The notes: a model not told the origin generated them from the sequence alone. Shown: positions 1 through 14,600, numbered from the stretch's first letter. The stretch is DNA of 64,000 nucleotides from Octopus sinensis (GCF_006345805.1 NC_043004.1:28334001-28398000); one strand, 5' to 3'. Made by a program: numbers and translations.

Positions 1-19
1 TATGTATGTGTGTATATAT

Positions 20-76
<57 letters not shown>

Positions 77-370
77 AGGTAGGTTGGTAGAGATGTAGGT
101 GAACACAATTAGACATGACACACACACACGTATTTATATATATATTTATATATACATTTACATATATTTAGATACACATAGATACATAAATCTATATATA
201 TCCAAAAAAATAAACACATACACATAGGTATATATGTAAATAAACACACGCACACACTCACACACGCACAAATATAATTACATAAAATTATAGATATGTG
301 TGTGTGCGTGTATAAATATATAAATTTTTATGCTGACATTTCCTACATGCACTCGACATACTTTTGTAAA

Positions 371-401
<31 letters not shown>

Positions 402-1292
402 TGTGTGTGTGTGTGCGTATTATTTCGCATAATTCTTTACCCTCTCTACAAATAATAATCGTCAGCCTTCAAATCAAAGATGGCATTACAATTGAACGCC
501 TGCTTTGCCTATAAAAGACAGCGTTTCTACAGATTTACTCCTGCAATGACTACCATGAACAGTGCCGCGGGCAGAAGAGTAATTGATTTTTTTTTTTTTG
601 AACACATGTTCTTCCATTCTTAAAATTTATCTTTTTTTTTATTATGTTGTATAATACTTGACTATTTTATAATCCAGTTATTTTTATTTCTTTCTTCCTC
701 AATCTCTTTTTCTATGTGAAATGACGGATAATCTTACGTGAAAGCATGAGTTACACATGTTTTCTTTTTACTTTATTTCTTCTTTAAACTTACCCAGTAA
801 CACACATTCATAACCAACAAAAGTACGAGCCTTCCTGTTTTGTTTTATTATTATTATCTTTTTTTGTATCCTAAGTTGTAGAATATTAACAACAATTTCA
901 TTTTATTTTCTTCATTAATATTTTTCGATATTTTGTGTGTTAAGTGTTAATTCTTTTTTTATTTCTATAAATAAAAGATATTTATAAATCCACCAAAGTA
1001 TCTACAGTTTTCAATCTATGTGTCTCAAAACTTTGCTCGACTAAAAACACGAAACCTATTAAATCCACTGAGAACCTGCCACCTGTTAAAGTATGCTACT
1101 CAGTCTTTTGTCGTTTCAGCCCACTCGGCTTATTCCACTTATGCTAGTCTACTAAATACATCGAGGTTATTGACCTTATGTTCTTACCAAATACTAATAC
1201 TTTATGCATGAACAACTGTAATTCAATGATTTTATATGACCTCGTCTAATGAAAATAACGAACAGTCACACTTTATGCTTCATAAAACTTAC

Positions 1293-1354
1293 CCATTGGA
1301 CATTCTTCTACCTCCTTCTCTCATATTTCTTATTTAACGAATCAAATTTCAATC
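1293..1354 (-). other. Candidate host-gene exon containing a start codon (MREGGRRMSNG...)
   Basis: Acceptor TTCTTTTTCTTTTATCCAATTATAG, ATG at 1324, consensus donor GG|GTAAGT at 1293/1292. No homology was recognised. Confidence 0.3.
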
Positions 1355-2139
1355 CTATAATTGGATAAAAGAAAAAGAAGCCTCCTGAAAATGGCGGTAT
1401 AGTTCTGCTTGTAGCCTTCCCTGTAAAACTTAAGAGAATTTAGATATGCAGAATTTATGAATACGGTGAAAGCGTACAAGTTAAACTGATGTTGCAGTTC
1501 ACTGAAACTTCAAACCAAATTCACAACACTGAGTGAGACATGTGGAATTTATGCGAAGCTGAAGTGATATCGATTGGCTTTTTTTTTATGAATTTCATAT
1601 AATTTGGTTCCTGACGTTCATGTACAGGTAATTCTTATTTCACTCAGGTGCACCGTCTTCGTCTAAAACCTGCAACCGAGCCAATACGAAGTTTCCATGG
1701 AGTTGGACAACATACTAAAAATAACTTAGACCTTACAACATGCACAGCACCTTGAAATATGACAGGATGGTTACGACTAGCACAGTTATAATCATAGTAT
1801 AGATTTTCTGCTCACTCATCTTTTATGCTATTCATTATTCCAAAAATCAAACTTTCGCATTCATCCCTGGATTTTGGTTTGGTGAACGCTCAACCGATTA
1901 TACTTAACATTTATTGGTTATAACATTATACAAAACAGCAGCTAACAAAAATTAAAATATAGCATTTTTATAGCAGGGACATGGAAATATAGGCAATATA
2001 AAGAAATAGGCATAAAACATCGTGCACACAAGACACATGCTACTCTAAGTCAAACAAAATTATACCGGGTTCAATACAGAAGATAAAAATAGTAGCTCTT
2101 GGCGAATACAATACAGAAGAACGCAATCTACTTTTAGTA

Positions 2140-2430
2140 TATATATAAAACTTAGATATGTTTCGACCAATGATTGGTCCAGGCCATGCCTAACTTAATA
2201 GCACCACCTGATAGGATTATTTGAATCCTGTTTAAGTCAAGTTTTGTTTATGATCCATTCAAGTAGTGAGTTTTTGTTGGGTGAGTTGTATCCAATTATG
2301 GGTGACTTATCTGGTATTCCTTGAAGGAATCTATCTAGACTCCGTTTAAAGTTGATGGGATCCTTTTCCTCTTTGATCTCTTTAGGGACAATGTTAAATA
2401 GGGCAGGGTCTGTTGAGGAAAAGAAATTAT
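2140..2430 (-). mobile_element. 3' end of a CR1/L2-group non-LTR retrotransposon (ORF2 C-terminus plus 3' UTR)
   Basis: ORF 2237..2452 reads PALFNIVPKEIKEEKDPINFKRSLDRFLQGIPDKSPIIGYNSPNKNSLLEW, resembling the LFN.LP...FK..LD.FL..IPD.P...GY....NSL C-terminus of CR1-group ORF2. A GACCAAT-C-ATTGGTC hairpin follows in the 3' UTR (~2165-2180). The fragment is truncated at (TA)n ~2447. Confidence 0.7.
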
Positions 2431-2446
2431 GTTGCAGTGTACATGT

Positions 2447-2493
<47 letters not shown>

Positions 2494-2689
2494 GGATAAT
2501 AAAACGAATGGTTTACACCAGGTAGCTTACTGGTAAAGCACAGTCACTTTCACAGTGATCGTTATGTATATGCCGTGATTAATAATAAATTTTCGTATAT
2601 TCCATCTTCCATCTTCATTTGCCATGTGTGTGTGTGTTTGTGTGCGCGTGTTAAATTGGGCGCAAAACGCTAGAGAAGCTTATGATATA

Positions 2690-3596
2690 CTCCAGCCTCT
2701 TACAGATTAACTTACATGAGACGAGTATCTGTTTTTCGCTGGCACCAGATTATGAACAGAAGGGGCGAGAGACGATGAGGTTTGTGGGAGAGAGAGGGAC
2801 GTCAAAGCATCAGAGCTGGTTGAGGAAATAAGTATGAAGTTTACAGTCAATATTGCAACTGTACACAGAATTATTCACGAAGATCTGAACACACGCAAAA
2901 TTTGTGCAAATTTTGTTCCCAGGATGCTCAAAGACGATGATAGTAAGGCGAGAGTTGAATTCATTACCTCCAATTCAAGAGTACACTTGAGTCTCTGGTA
3001 ATCTGTGACTAAAGCTGGATCTACTGTTATCATCCAATGACCAAGAGATAACGTGCCCAATAGAAACATTCTGGTTCCTCCAGATCCAAGAATGCCAATC
3101 AAAGCAAATCGGCCGGAAAGCCCTTGATGATCCTATTTTTCGATAGCGAAGGCGTCATCTATATCCACTAGTTTCCCTCACACCTGACAGTCAACAAAGA
3201 GTACTTTGTGAAAGTTTTGAGGGAGTTCGGGAAGATATTTCATCGCAAAAGACCCGAGTTCTTCCACTCAGGCCGGTAGTACCGGCATCAGATCAACACA
3301 CCAGTCTCTAATTCCATCTTGGTAACCAACTACCTCCCAACTGTCGATACATTGCTTCCTGTAACTTTTTGTTATTCCCCAAGATAAAGTAGAAGCTCAG
3401 GGGCTGTCATTTTGAAGACATTCAGAAGAGGAATGAGACTGTGACGAGTGTCTAGGCAACTTCACTTTGGAAGCCTTCCATGGAAAGTGGCTGGGGTGCT
3501 ACAAGTGCATTGAACTCAGAGAATTCTACCTTGAAGGAGATTAATTTTGGATTTCTTTGAAAGTCTCTTCAAAAAGTCTCAAATCTGGAAAGCACC
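2690..3596 (+). pseudogene. Degenerate mariner transposase (DNA transposon relic)
   Basis: Frame-broken translation gives ATVHRIIHEDLNTRKICANFVPRMLKDD (WVPHEL-equivalent), ICD*SWIYCYHP, LMILFFDSEGVIYIH, TVNKEYFVKVL, CNFLLFPKIK*KLRGCHFEDI and KCIELREFYLEGD*. Multiple stops are present. Confidence 0.9.
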
Positions 3597-4014
3597 TGGC
3601 ACATTACTGAGGTGATATCTGCCACCATAACGTCTTGTCAGCCCAAGAGATTATAAATAAAACTGTGAAGAAAGGAACTATGTATAAGCCTGTGGGATTA
3701 ACACTATCTGCTATTCAAATCCGGCCGAGGACTATTCTCAATATACTACAGTCTGTTGAGTACTCAGCCACTGGCACTCAAATACTAGATGGGCTGTAGC
3801 TATCATTGAAAGCGGATACACTCTAGTTCTGCTCGATTACGGCTAAGATTGTGTTTCTGAAAATTTCAATTACACTAAAATAACTTCTGGCTCTGCAGGA
3901 TCCGTGGCACCACACCAAATCAATGGCCAAATATACTAAATTTTTAATCAACAGTCTTTAGGCCAAATTAAATATCTAGCCTAAAACAACTCAAACATTT
4001 TTCTCGAAGTGGTT

Positions 4015-4310
4015 AGTCAACCTGCTAGAAACAATAACAAAATCACCTATAAATCACATCTGGCTTCTTGAATATTGAGGGATAAGCTTGATAATGAAGT
4101 TGATGATATAGGAAAGGGCATGATGACTACGTCTGAAACATCTTTTTTTTTGCTATATTCATCAAATAGAAATCAATGAATTTAGTTATAGTGAGGTTGT
4201 TTAGATTGATCCTAGCCTTGAAGACAGTGCCCCAGATTGAAACCTAAAAATGATAAAAAGAAACAAGGTCTCCTCCATAAGGTCTGACTCAGTGTTAAAC
4301 AACAACAACT
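4015..4310 (+). repeat. Degenerate copy of an interspersed repeat family (core TAGAAATAGCAGCCAAAT...AATCACACC)
   Basis: Similar sequence occurs at ~42352-42540, ~44550-44735, ~48440-48480 and, inverted and tandemly amplified, at 29565-29940. Family unassigned. Confidence 0.5.
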
Positions 4311-5044
4311 CAAGGCTTCCACAAGATAATTAAAATGTTTCTCAAAATCGAAGAAATGTAAAACAACACAAGAAAAAAGAGACTTTCTGAGTGGTTGAAT
4401 TCTGTCGAAGATATTCCAATCACTGATTGCCTGATTAATCTGACCTGATCCGCTGAGATAAGCTTGGCCGACACTTTAAAGTTCTTTCTTGGTTAACAAA
4501 CTGAGTGACGAGTGCTTGTGGAGTTGTATTAGTAGTGTCTGACATTAGTGAAGTCGGTCAGCTGGAAGTAATCATAGAGTATCGACACAAAGTAGAAATA
4601 GATAGTTTCAACAGCAGTAGTTACAGTGAACCACTCTTGCTGTCCCTCCTTCCCTCCCTCCCTCCCTCCCCCTTCTCCTCTTTTCTCCTTGTGTGTCTCT
4701 CCGGCATTCTGTGTGTGTGTATATGTGAGTGTGTGTGTGTGTGCGTCTCTCTCTCTCTCTCCTTCGATTTCAATAAATATGCTTATATGTGTATGTGTGT
4801 ATGAGAGTGAATTTCCGACAATATCTCTCTCTCTCTCCTTCTCTCTGTCTCTCCTTCTCTCTTTATAATTATTGATTTATCAATCTATCAATCGAACCAG
4901 CTTGTCTATCTGTTCGCCTGTTTGTCTACTCATCCAAATCCCTTCCATGTTTTGCAGTTCCCCTTCCTAACATCTTCCATCTTTCTACCTGTATATCATC
5001 TTTGATCTCTTTTTTTTTTCTGGATTCCGGTACTTCCCTCACTC

Positions 5045-5084
<40 letters not shown>

Positions 5085-5550
5085 CCAATTGTCTCTCCTC
5101 AATAAAACAGAATTGGTTGACCGAAATAAGAGTGTATATGCCGTTATCCGCGCCAAACATTTTATAGCGATCTGTCTGCCGTGTTTCTCGGTGAACTATC
5201 GATTATTGCTAATCACAAAGAAATAGCGAGGAGAGAAGCGATTTGAGGAGAAACAATAACGATGATAGAGACTGGAAGAGATAGCAAGAGGGATAATAAG
5301 GAAAGGAATAGGAAATGAAGGGAGTGAAAGAAGGGATAGTTAAGGTGGGAGAAAGTAAGAGAGAGAGGCAGTCGGGGAAATATAATAATACGGACTATTG
5401 TAAACAAGTGATGTTGTGTAAAATGATGTGTAACAAGCTAGTGTTTTAACGTGTTTCGGTCACGTGGTGTGAAAGATCGAGCAAAAGAAGAGATGTGAAG
5501 AAGTTAGAAGGCGCAGAGAGATACATTAGATGAAGAAAGAGATTAAAGAA

Positions 5551-5587
<37 letters not shown>

Positions 5588-5588
5588 T

Positions 5589-5628
<40 letters not shown>

Positions 5629-5946
5629 AACGAAATCTTTTGTATTATCACCCACCCACCCGCTGTTTATTTTCACTTTCGCTTACTTTTCTTGATAATC
5701 CTGCCATCAATAGGCGGAACACTTTGTAAAGGATAATCCCTAGATAGATTATAAACTTCGTCCAAATCTTAAATCCTATCGCTCTCGAATCGATCAATTC
5801 AGTTAATCAGTCGCGCGAGCAATTGGAAGTTCAATGTGGCATGAGAGGATCGTAGTTAAATATTGGCATGCAGCCGCCTGCCTTACAACATCACTGATTA
5901 TCATCGAATAACCAAACCTCACCGATCAAGTTGACCTAAGACTCAT

Positions 5947-6738
<792 letters not shown>

Positions 6739-7200
6739 GGTAGTGTAACCTTAACCAGTTGAGCATGTCCCTTAGTGGCTGACGATATGTGCATCTCTGA
6801 TCAGCAGCAGAAGTAATGGGGGAGCATCATAGCCATGGGTTGAGAGGGATTCTTTGGGGTTTGAATAATTCACCTCGTGAAACATTGGTGTTTCGTTCAA
6901 CATCCTTAAACAACCCTTATTTAGGGACCTTTTGAGTGGGATGGGTTACTCGACCTGAACAAAATTCTAACTGGGCCCCACCTGCAAGGTCATGTGCTGT
7001 TTATCTTGATATGAGATCACCATGTCACGCACATATGGTTGTGATGCATGTGCCTGGTGTACCTTTATCAGACGGGTAGTAATGATGGGTATACTAGGCT
7101 TCGTATATTTTACTCCAGTGTGACTTTGATGGCATACACTGCTCATAATAATAATAATAATATTTTACCCCAGTGTGACTTTGATGGCATACACTACTCA
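6739..7200 (+). mobile_element. Non-coding interspersed repeat ending in (TAA)n with duplicated 3' terminus (probable retroposon 3' end)
   Basis: About 400 bp of higher-GC non-coding DNA ends TATTTTAC(T/C)CCAGTGTGACTTTGATGGCATACACT(G/A)CTCA-(TAA)n. This terminus occurs twice, starting at 7106 and 7161. Confidence 0.55.
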
Positions 7201-7217
7201 TAATAATAATAATAATG

Positions 7218-7288
<71 letters not shown>

Positions 7289-7293
7289 TATCA

Positions 7294-7328
<35 letters not shown>

Positions 7329-7329
<1 letters not shown>

Positions 7330-7815
7330 CTTCGTAACACAATATAGGTAAAAATGCACCGGAGTCTTTAGTCATCTGTCAAGTCACAACGAGGACCTCA
7401 AACAGATAATACTTACCTTAAGATGTGCTCTGTGCCCAATAAGGATGTTTTTTCCAAGAAATCAATCTTGCATGGGATTTCCAGTTACTTTCAGAAGTCT
7501 TGAAGTTTCAATGAGATTGAGCCCAACGCTCCGATCACAACTGCTATCACTTTTATATAACCCTTTCGCATTCCTTATTCTTGCCATTTCCACCTTCAAT
7601 TCGGAGTACTTGGTGATTTTTTCAACCTTTTTACTCACAACATTCATGTCATTTGGTATGGCTACATCAACCATCTGCCAGTATTTATCTCTCTTACTCA
7701 ATATGACAATATCCGGCTGACGGTGTTCGATTGCACGATCAGTTTTGTTCTCCGCTTGGACAGTGACATTAGTAGAAGAGACCTTCCAGTTCAGAGGTAA
7801 CTTTTCCGCCGGTCA
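7329..7815 (-). mobile_element. 5'-truncated R4/Dong-type RLE LINE fragment
   Basis: Reads TDRAIEHRQPDIVILSKRDKYWQMVDVAIPNDMNVVSKKVEKITKYSELKVEMAR ... LEKTSLLGTEHILR. The 3' UTR is followed by (AAT)n on the minus strand (7328-7289). Confidence 0.88.
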
Positions 7816-8366
7816 TCGCCTCTTGTATGCTATCTTTGTTTTCGTATCTTAAGCGCCTCAAGCCCATAGACAGAAATTGCCCTTTATTTGTTTTCGAAGT
7901 TTTATTTCTGAGCCTATCTGTTTTTCCTCTACTTAAAATGAGACATGTTACATTTTATATTTATTGTTATTATCATGTGCCTCTTTTAATTTGTTTCAAC
8001 ACTGTGTGCTCTACGTTGTCTTGTTTATGTACGAGGTGTACAGGTGCATGCGTGAATTATATAAACATTACATCTATGTGTATTTGTGTAGAGATGAGAT
8101 TGCATATACGATTATTATTTGTACTTACAGTGTTTTTCTGTAGCGACATCGCATTCTCGCATATTGCTTCAGTTCATGTATAGGCAAGTCGCATCACCGC
8201 ACGTTGTGTGTATTATCACACGCTTGTTTTTCTGCGACAACATGCCTGACAGCACCTATATTTCATATATGAGAGAAATATTTCGGTATCCTGATCTAAT
8301 TTACATTAGGAACCAATTTTCTTTCATATTTTAGTTGTTTCATAAATCCTCTTTGCCGATGATCAC

Positions 8367-8375
8367 AGATTATTA

Positions 8376-8436
<61 letters not shown>

Positions 8437-8636
8437 CATTATTATTATTATTATTATATTATTATTATTATTACTATTACTATTATTATCATTATTATTA
8501 TTATTATTACTACTATTATTACTATTACTATTATTATCATTATTATTATTTTTTTTTTTTTATTATTATCATTATTATTATTATTTTTGTTGTTGTTGTT
8601 GTTGTTGTTGTTATCATCATCATCATCATCATTACA
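8367..8636. repeat. Compound trinucleotide microsatellite (TAT/TAC/TGT/CAT)
   Basis: Direct inspection; it is the source of the poly-Y/I/L ORF 8335..8643. Confidence 0.95.
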
Positions 8637-9563
8637 TCTCTAGAAGTAGAAAGTTAGATGTTTAATTACACTCGTGAATTAAAAATATTATTCATTCTAC
8701 ACCATCTTGAATCATTCATTCCCAATTTTCTTCCTTTTTTCTATAGGCAATCATACACTGTGATCTCACACAAATGAACCTATTCTGATCTCTTATCTGT
8801 TTGAAATGAATTCCTCTTCATCACCCCTACCATCACCCCTATCACCACACATACCAGCAGCATCAGCAACACCAGCATTAAATATTTCACATTACAGAAC
8901 TAAATGGTTTGCATAGCAGAACTAATTATTTCACATAAAAGACTAATTAACATATTTAAAATTAGTTATAATTTCTCACGTCAGCATTAAATCAGTGCTT
9001 TTTAGAGAGTGCCCTATCAGAACTGAAAAGGGAGCGGATAAATAAAGGAGGTTTCCAACGCTCTAAGCTTGGTGAATAAAGAAGTACTCAATGAGAGCAA
9101 AATCAGTTCTTGTTATCTCATTAATAAAGAAGAGGAGGGACGTCAAAAGTTCCACCAATATTTGTCGGGGAGAGGTTGGTAGGTGGCAGTTTGAGGATCA
9201 CTGCAGAAGAGTGTAATTTTTGATGAATAAATCGATAAAGTGCTTATTTTCTCAAACTAAGACAGGATTTTAATTCAAAATCTACAGTTGGGAATATAAA
9301 TATCGCAAGGCCTTGTTTAGGGCTCTACCGCTTCTGTCATCTACTGACCGTCTGTCAAAGCTTTGATGTAAAACTAATAAGAAACTCTGGTTTGGTCGTT
9401 CATATTGGCGAGACTATTTCCTTTTGTTTGTGACGAGGACAAATACGTGGTGATTAAATGCAGAATACAAATTAGATGATACGGTATCAAGTCTACAGTT
9501 ATATTTGAAATCAAATACTGTCGTATGTTTGACTGAGGTTGAATATATGTTAGCAAATCAATT

Positions 9564-10191
9564 TACAGTAATCCCTCGCCATATCGCGGTTCACCTATCG
9601 CAGTTCATCTATCGCGGTTTATTATTTAAGCTTACGTCGATTCCACCGTGGTGTTTTGCATTTATAGTGGAGGCGCAATGGCCCAGTGGTTAGGGCAGCG
9701 GATTCGCGGTCGTAGGATCGCGGTTTCGATTCCCAGACCGGGCGTTGTGAGTGTTTATTGAGCGAAAACACCTAAAAGTTCCACGAGGCTCCGGCAGGGA
9801 TGGTGGTGATCCCTGTTGTACTCTTTCACCACAACTTTCTCTCACTCTTACTTCCTGTTTCTGTTGTACCTGTATTTCAAAGGGCCGGCCTTGTCACTCT
9901 CTGTGTCACGCTGAATATCCCCGAGAACTACGTTAAGGGTACACGTGTCTGTGGAGTGCTCAGCCACTTACACGTTAATTTCACGAGCAGGCTGTTCCGT
10001 TGATCGGATCAACCGGAACCCTCGTCGTCGTAACCGACGGAGTGCTTTCACCCCACCCCCCCTTTGCATTTATGATAAAATAGATATATACAAATTATAA
10101 AATAAAAATTTAATATACTGTACAGTACTGTTTCTACTTCGCAGAATTTCACTTATCGCATGGGGTTTTGGATAGTCGAGGAATTACTGTA
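9564..10191. mobile_element. Tigger/pogo-like MITE interrupted by a SINE
   Basis: Termini TACAGTAATCCCTCG (9564-9578) and CGAGGAATTACTGTA (10177-10191) are inverted repeats with 14/15 matches including the flanking TA. CAGT...CCTCG ends with a TA target are typical of Tigger-type elements. Confidence 0.75.
9666..10050 (+). mobile_element. tRNA-derived SINE, group A
   Basis: A box TGGCCCAGTGG, B-box-like GGTTTCGATTCC; near-identical copy at 18520-18907. Candidate 11-bp TSD TTTGCATTTAT at 9655-9665 and 10063-10073. Confidence 0.9.
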
Positions 10192-12852
10192 TATCAAAGA
10201 AAGATAACATTGACTACATAAAAGGTGTGAATTGAAACTTCTGTATGTGAGTAAGGAAACCATGTTGACAGTCTCGGTTACTGTTTTTTTTCTACGGTAA
10301 AGTGTTTTCTTACGTCGATTCAAGTTCACACAGTTGTACTAGAAGACTATTTGAACCCCCAAACTTAAATTAACTTTGATCACAGAAGTTAAATTAACAT
10401 AACTGCTGAAAAACATTGTATGTGTTGCTGGCTCTTCCGACTCTGTCCGACTGTAATCCCTCCGCCTTATGCTGACAAATACATGGACAGAAATTAACGA
10501 GTCTTAGTTCTTTATTTCGAATGTTTGAAAGGAATTCTTACTGAGATTGATTCTTTCCCCTAAAGTATAAGCGATATTTCTCTGAAAGCCGTATACTAAA
10601 GACTTGGTCATTTCATAGGTTTTCGACGTCAGTATTAACAACGATAGAAGTAAATGTGGTTTCTGGCAACAATATTAGAATTTATCTAGCATTAATGTTT
10701 GCTCAAGGAAAGGAGACAATTCTGAAAAGCTTTATTGGGAACCATCAAGAAACTTGTAGTTGTGGCTCATTATTTGAGCCAAGTTCTTTTTTTTTTTTAC
10801 TGAGTTACGATAACAACACAAGTGAAAGATCAAGAGATCTGACTGGACATGTCAGTGTTGCAGCATGACCTTACTGCTGATCCCTGAATCAAAACAACGC
10901 ACGAACCAAGGAACTAAGAAAATGAAAGTAAACAAAGGCAAACAGTTGTCGAACATTGTTAACGGCTGGGTACCAATTAATATTAGGTAAGTCAAGTGGA
11001 ATGAACTGTTTTAACAGTAGGAAATCATGTAAAGAGATGAATTAAAGTCAAATCTCAAGAGAAAAGCCATGCAAGAACAATAGATACATCCCTGTAGATA
11101 AAGAGCAAACATCTGATAGTCTATGAATGAACAGAAGATGATATTGAAACAGACACAATATGCGGTTCTTGTTTTCTTCATTTTTCCCTCTCTTTCGCTA
11201 TTCCCCACCTCTTTCATACATTCTTCTTTGTTTACTTTATTTTAGTATTTCTATATTTTTCTCTTCTTTCTTCCATTTATTCCGTTCCTCCTCTCTCTTT
11301 CTCTTTCGCTTTCTCCCTCTCTCTTGCTCTCTCTTTCCTTTTACCAATAATTCATACTTCCTTTCTCTGCAATAAACACACATCCATACATATATACTTA
11401 TGCATGTATATTATATATCTTCATCTTATTCTTACCTTTTTCTTGATTTGCTGCGACATTGTCATCTCCATTCTCCATTGTCGTGTGTTTGTGATGTGAT
11501 GATGGCGGTAGGGAGCTGTAAAGCCATTTCTTTTAAGAAAGTTTCTTTGAGACTTGTCAATCACTTATGATTGATAGACAGAAGAATCAGAAAAAAATGC
11601 AATGTAATGCACGCATACACACGCGCCCAGACACACATATGCACATGCATGCACGCGCACAAACACACGCACACACAATTGCACAAACATACGCACACAT
11701 ACAAACACACGCACACATACAAACATACGCGCTCTCACACACAAATACACACACATACATACACACATTTCATTATGTATATTATATAGTATATTTTAAT
11801 ACCACTGTTTCAGAAGATAAGTGCACCACTTTCACTTCAGCGCTGGAGCTCAGCTTGACACTACTGACATAAATCTTGAGATTTTTTGGCGAAATACAAT
11901 CTGGAAGGGAGGAAGATAGCGAGAAAACATACGGTGTGATGAAAGAACAAAAGCGAAAGGAGAAAGAACAGCTGCAACAGCAGCAGTAGTGGTAGTAGCA
12001 TTAGAAATAAAAAAGTAGAAGAAATTGAAAAACCGGAAGAAAATGGAGAAGACAGAGAAGAATGGCAATTGAAAGTAACATATTGTGTTACTCTGAGAAA
12101 GACTAGTGATTGTTGGAAGCACGTGAAACTTATGAGACTAACAACAGTTCTACGTATGTGCTTAGCTACCAAAGTTTATTTACTTAATAGCATTCCTGCT
12201 AATACACGTAGATGTGTAGCGAGGTGTGATATTGTATAATGTGATTTAGTTTATATATTTCCCACCGTTCAGTTATAACTATACAGTTATACACGTGTGA
12301 ATTGGAGCACTTGCTTATGCAACCGTCTCATAACTAATCGTGAGAAGCTAGGTTCCATAAAGCAAGATCGAACGCGACTGATTAATTCCAATTACAACAC
12401 GTTAATGAAATAAGAAAAATGCGTAAAAGTTTTTACAACTATAGCTTCTAGCAGGTAAAATATACATACCTATAAACATATACGTAAATATATGAACGTG
12501 CACATATTCATGAAGCAAAACACATAGCTATAACGGCGATTAAATGCGTACACATGCACACTCACGCACACACACACACTCACACACACACACAACACAC
12601 ACATACACACTCACAAATGCACACACACGCGCACTCACGAGCGCACATAGAAAAGTATGCAGATACATGCATATACATACAAATGTATGCCCGTCTGTAT
12701 GCCCTTAAAATACTTTTCCATTTGTCCCGATCGTTAAACTAACACGCTTGTTGTTCCTACACTTGTCATCGTCTTTTGCTTTCTGTAAATCTGAAGTATA
12801 TATATATATACATATGCATATATATATGTATATATATAGGAATATACATACA

Positions 12853-12942
<90 letters not shown>

Positions 12943-12947
<5 letters not shown>

Positions 12948-13632
12948 GACCACAAAGTCACATGGAATATATCAAGTATGCTTTATAAGCAATAAAGTAG
13001 GCAATCCATTACAAATGTTCAAAACGTTGGCCATGGAGCTCTAAACAAGTGTTCATGCGGGATTTGAAATTGCGATGAACCATCTCAAATAGCTCTTCAT
13101 TACCGTTGACTTGTTCACATGCTTTAGCAATTCTTTGAAAAAGATGTGCTTTGTCACAAATCTTTTCAAAATGCACGAGGGATTAAATGTAGCCCCAGAA
13201 GAGAAAGTCCATGGGAGTTGAATCTGGTAACCGTGGTGTCAATTCAATTGGCCCTCGTCGCCCGAGCCATGACTCTATCAAATGTTCATTCAGGAAATCA
13301 CGAACCTGTAATGCATAATGGGGCGGGGTCCCATCCTGCTGATACCAGACATGGTTTCCCCTTCCAAGTGAATGCATGTGAGACATTATCTTGTTGCTAA
13401 GCATGTCCAGATACGAATCACCTGCCACAGAGCCCTCAAAATAAAATGGTCCAATTACTTGATTGTGCTAAATCCCACACCATTACCTTGCCCAAGCCTT
13501 GCTGATTATCTGCCTCCATCAAATGAGGATTGGTTTGTGAGTAATATCTGCAGTTCTGAAAAGAGATAAAAAAAAAGAGAATGTTAGCAACTTCACATAT
13601 TGCAGGATGGAGTGTGACTCTATAGCCACCCT
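12943..13632 (-). mobile_element. Internally deleted Tc1-like element with transposase C-terminal remnant
   Basis: ORF 13183..13428 has WYQQDGTPPHYALQVRDFLNEHLIESWLGRRGPIELTPRLPDSTPMDFLFWGY, then RMNTCLELHGQRFEHL*. Imperfect TIRs AGGGTG.C.A.A.AGTCACA at both ends, flanked by (TA)n. Confidence 0.88.
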
Positions 13633-13747
13633 TTATATATATATATATATATAACTAATGTAGGATAAAATTTTTTTCGAGAAAAAAATTTTATCAATGG
13701 CCAGCATATCAAAAAATACCTTTAAAGGTTAAATTTATAAATAATTT

Positions 13748-13905
13748 ACAAGATAAGGCAAAAGAAAAAAATCTAATGCCAAATATGCCGAAAAAACGAC
13801 AAAAAATAGTCAATAACCATTATAATTTAATTATAATGGTTATTGACAATTTTTTGTCGTTTTTTCGGCATATTTGGCATTAGAATTTTTCTTTTGCCCT
13901 TATCT

Positions 13906-13908
<3 letters not shown>
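13748..13908. repeat. ~160-bp near-perfect palindrome (~79-bp arms, 3-nt loop)
   Basis: Left arm ACAAGATAAGG...CCATTATAAT (13748-13826) versus right arm ATTATAATGG...CCTTATCTTGT (13830-13908); only a few substitutions/indels. Confidence 0.95.
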
Positions 13909-13943
<35 letters not shown>

Positions 13944-13946
<3 letters not shown>

Positions 13947-14558
13947 GGCGACTACGGCACTCAGGTTGTTCGGGCTAAGCTCAAGTATGAATTTAGTAAA
14001 GTGAACGTGTATTTGCAAGCTGATTTATTTTCTGCCAACACTGACTTCAAGTATGTAATTGCAGCCAATAACTCGGGCTCAAAAGTTACAGCACGAGTTG
14101 TTATCTATAATCGTAAAAATTAAAAGTAATTCCAATTCAATGTTATCTTGAAGCAATAAATTTCCATAGAGATTAGGATTTAAATTCCAAACCCTGAAAA
14201 GTTTCCGTTCTACAATGTTCTTAAAGAAACGAAAAATTATCCAGCAACTCAGGCTAATACGAAGGAACCTGGTAGGTGTAAAAGACTAACTGACATTTCT
14301 TGTCAAAAGTACAGCCGACAATTTGTTGTGCACTCCGCTGTCATTATTTGATTGCTGTTATTCTGTGCGTCTGTGTGTAAAGATCAGTTGTGTTTTGTAG
14401 GGTTGCTTAATTTTTACCCTTAATTTAGAAATGGAGAAAGACATAGTGCAAGATATAAAAGATAAGCCGTTTGGGGCTAGAAATTCTTCGAACAGGCATG
14501 TGCCTTATGCGAAATCTGTGATGAGCCCGAGTGATGCTGAAAACCTGGAGTCGCCTCT
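13944..14558. mobile_element. Putative MITE (~615 bp) inserted in (TA)n
   Basis: Perfect 10-bp TIR AGAGGCGACT / AGTCGCCTCT with subterminal TCGGGCT / AGCCCGA inverted match; (TA)n on both sides. Superfamily unassigned. Confidence 0.6.
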
Positions 14559-14567
14559 GATATATAA

Positions 14568-14600
<33 letters not shown>

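Noticed and set aside
2155-2190. Hairpin followed by GAAAC in the LINE 3' UTR as a ribozyme
   Set aside because: No CUGANGA core upstream; better explained as a CR1/L2-type 3' stem-loop.
9666-9740. SINE heads as real tRNA genes (groups A, B, C and the 63.4-kb head)
   Set aside because: Only A/B boxes and partial arms are present; no complete acceptor stem, and each continues into a repeated SINE body.
11850-12172. Purine-rich stretch encoding E/K-rich peptides on the plus strand
   Set aside because: Stops in all plus frames and no family motif.
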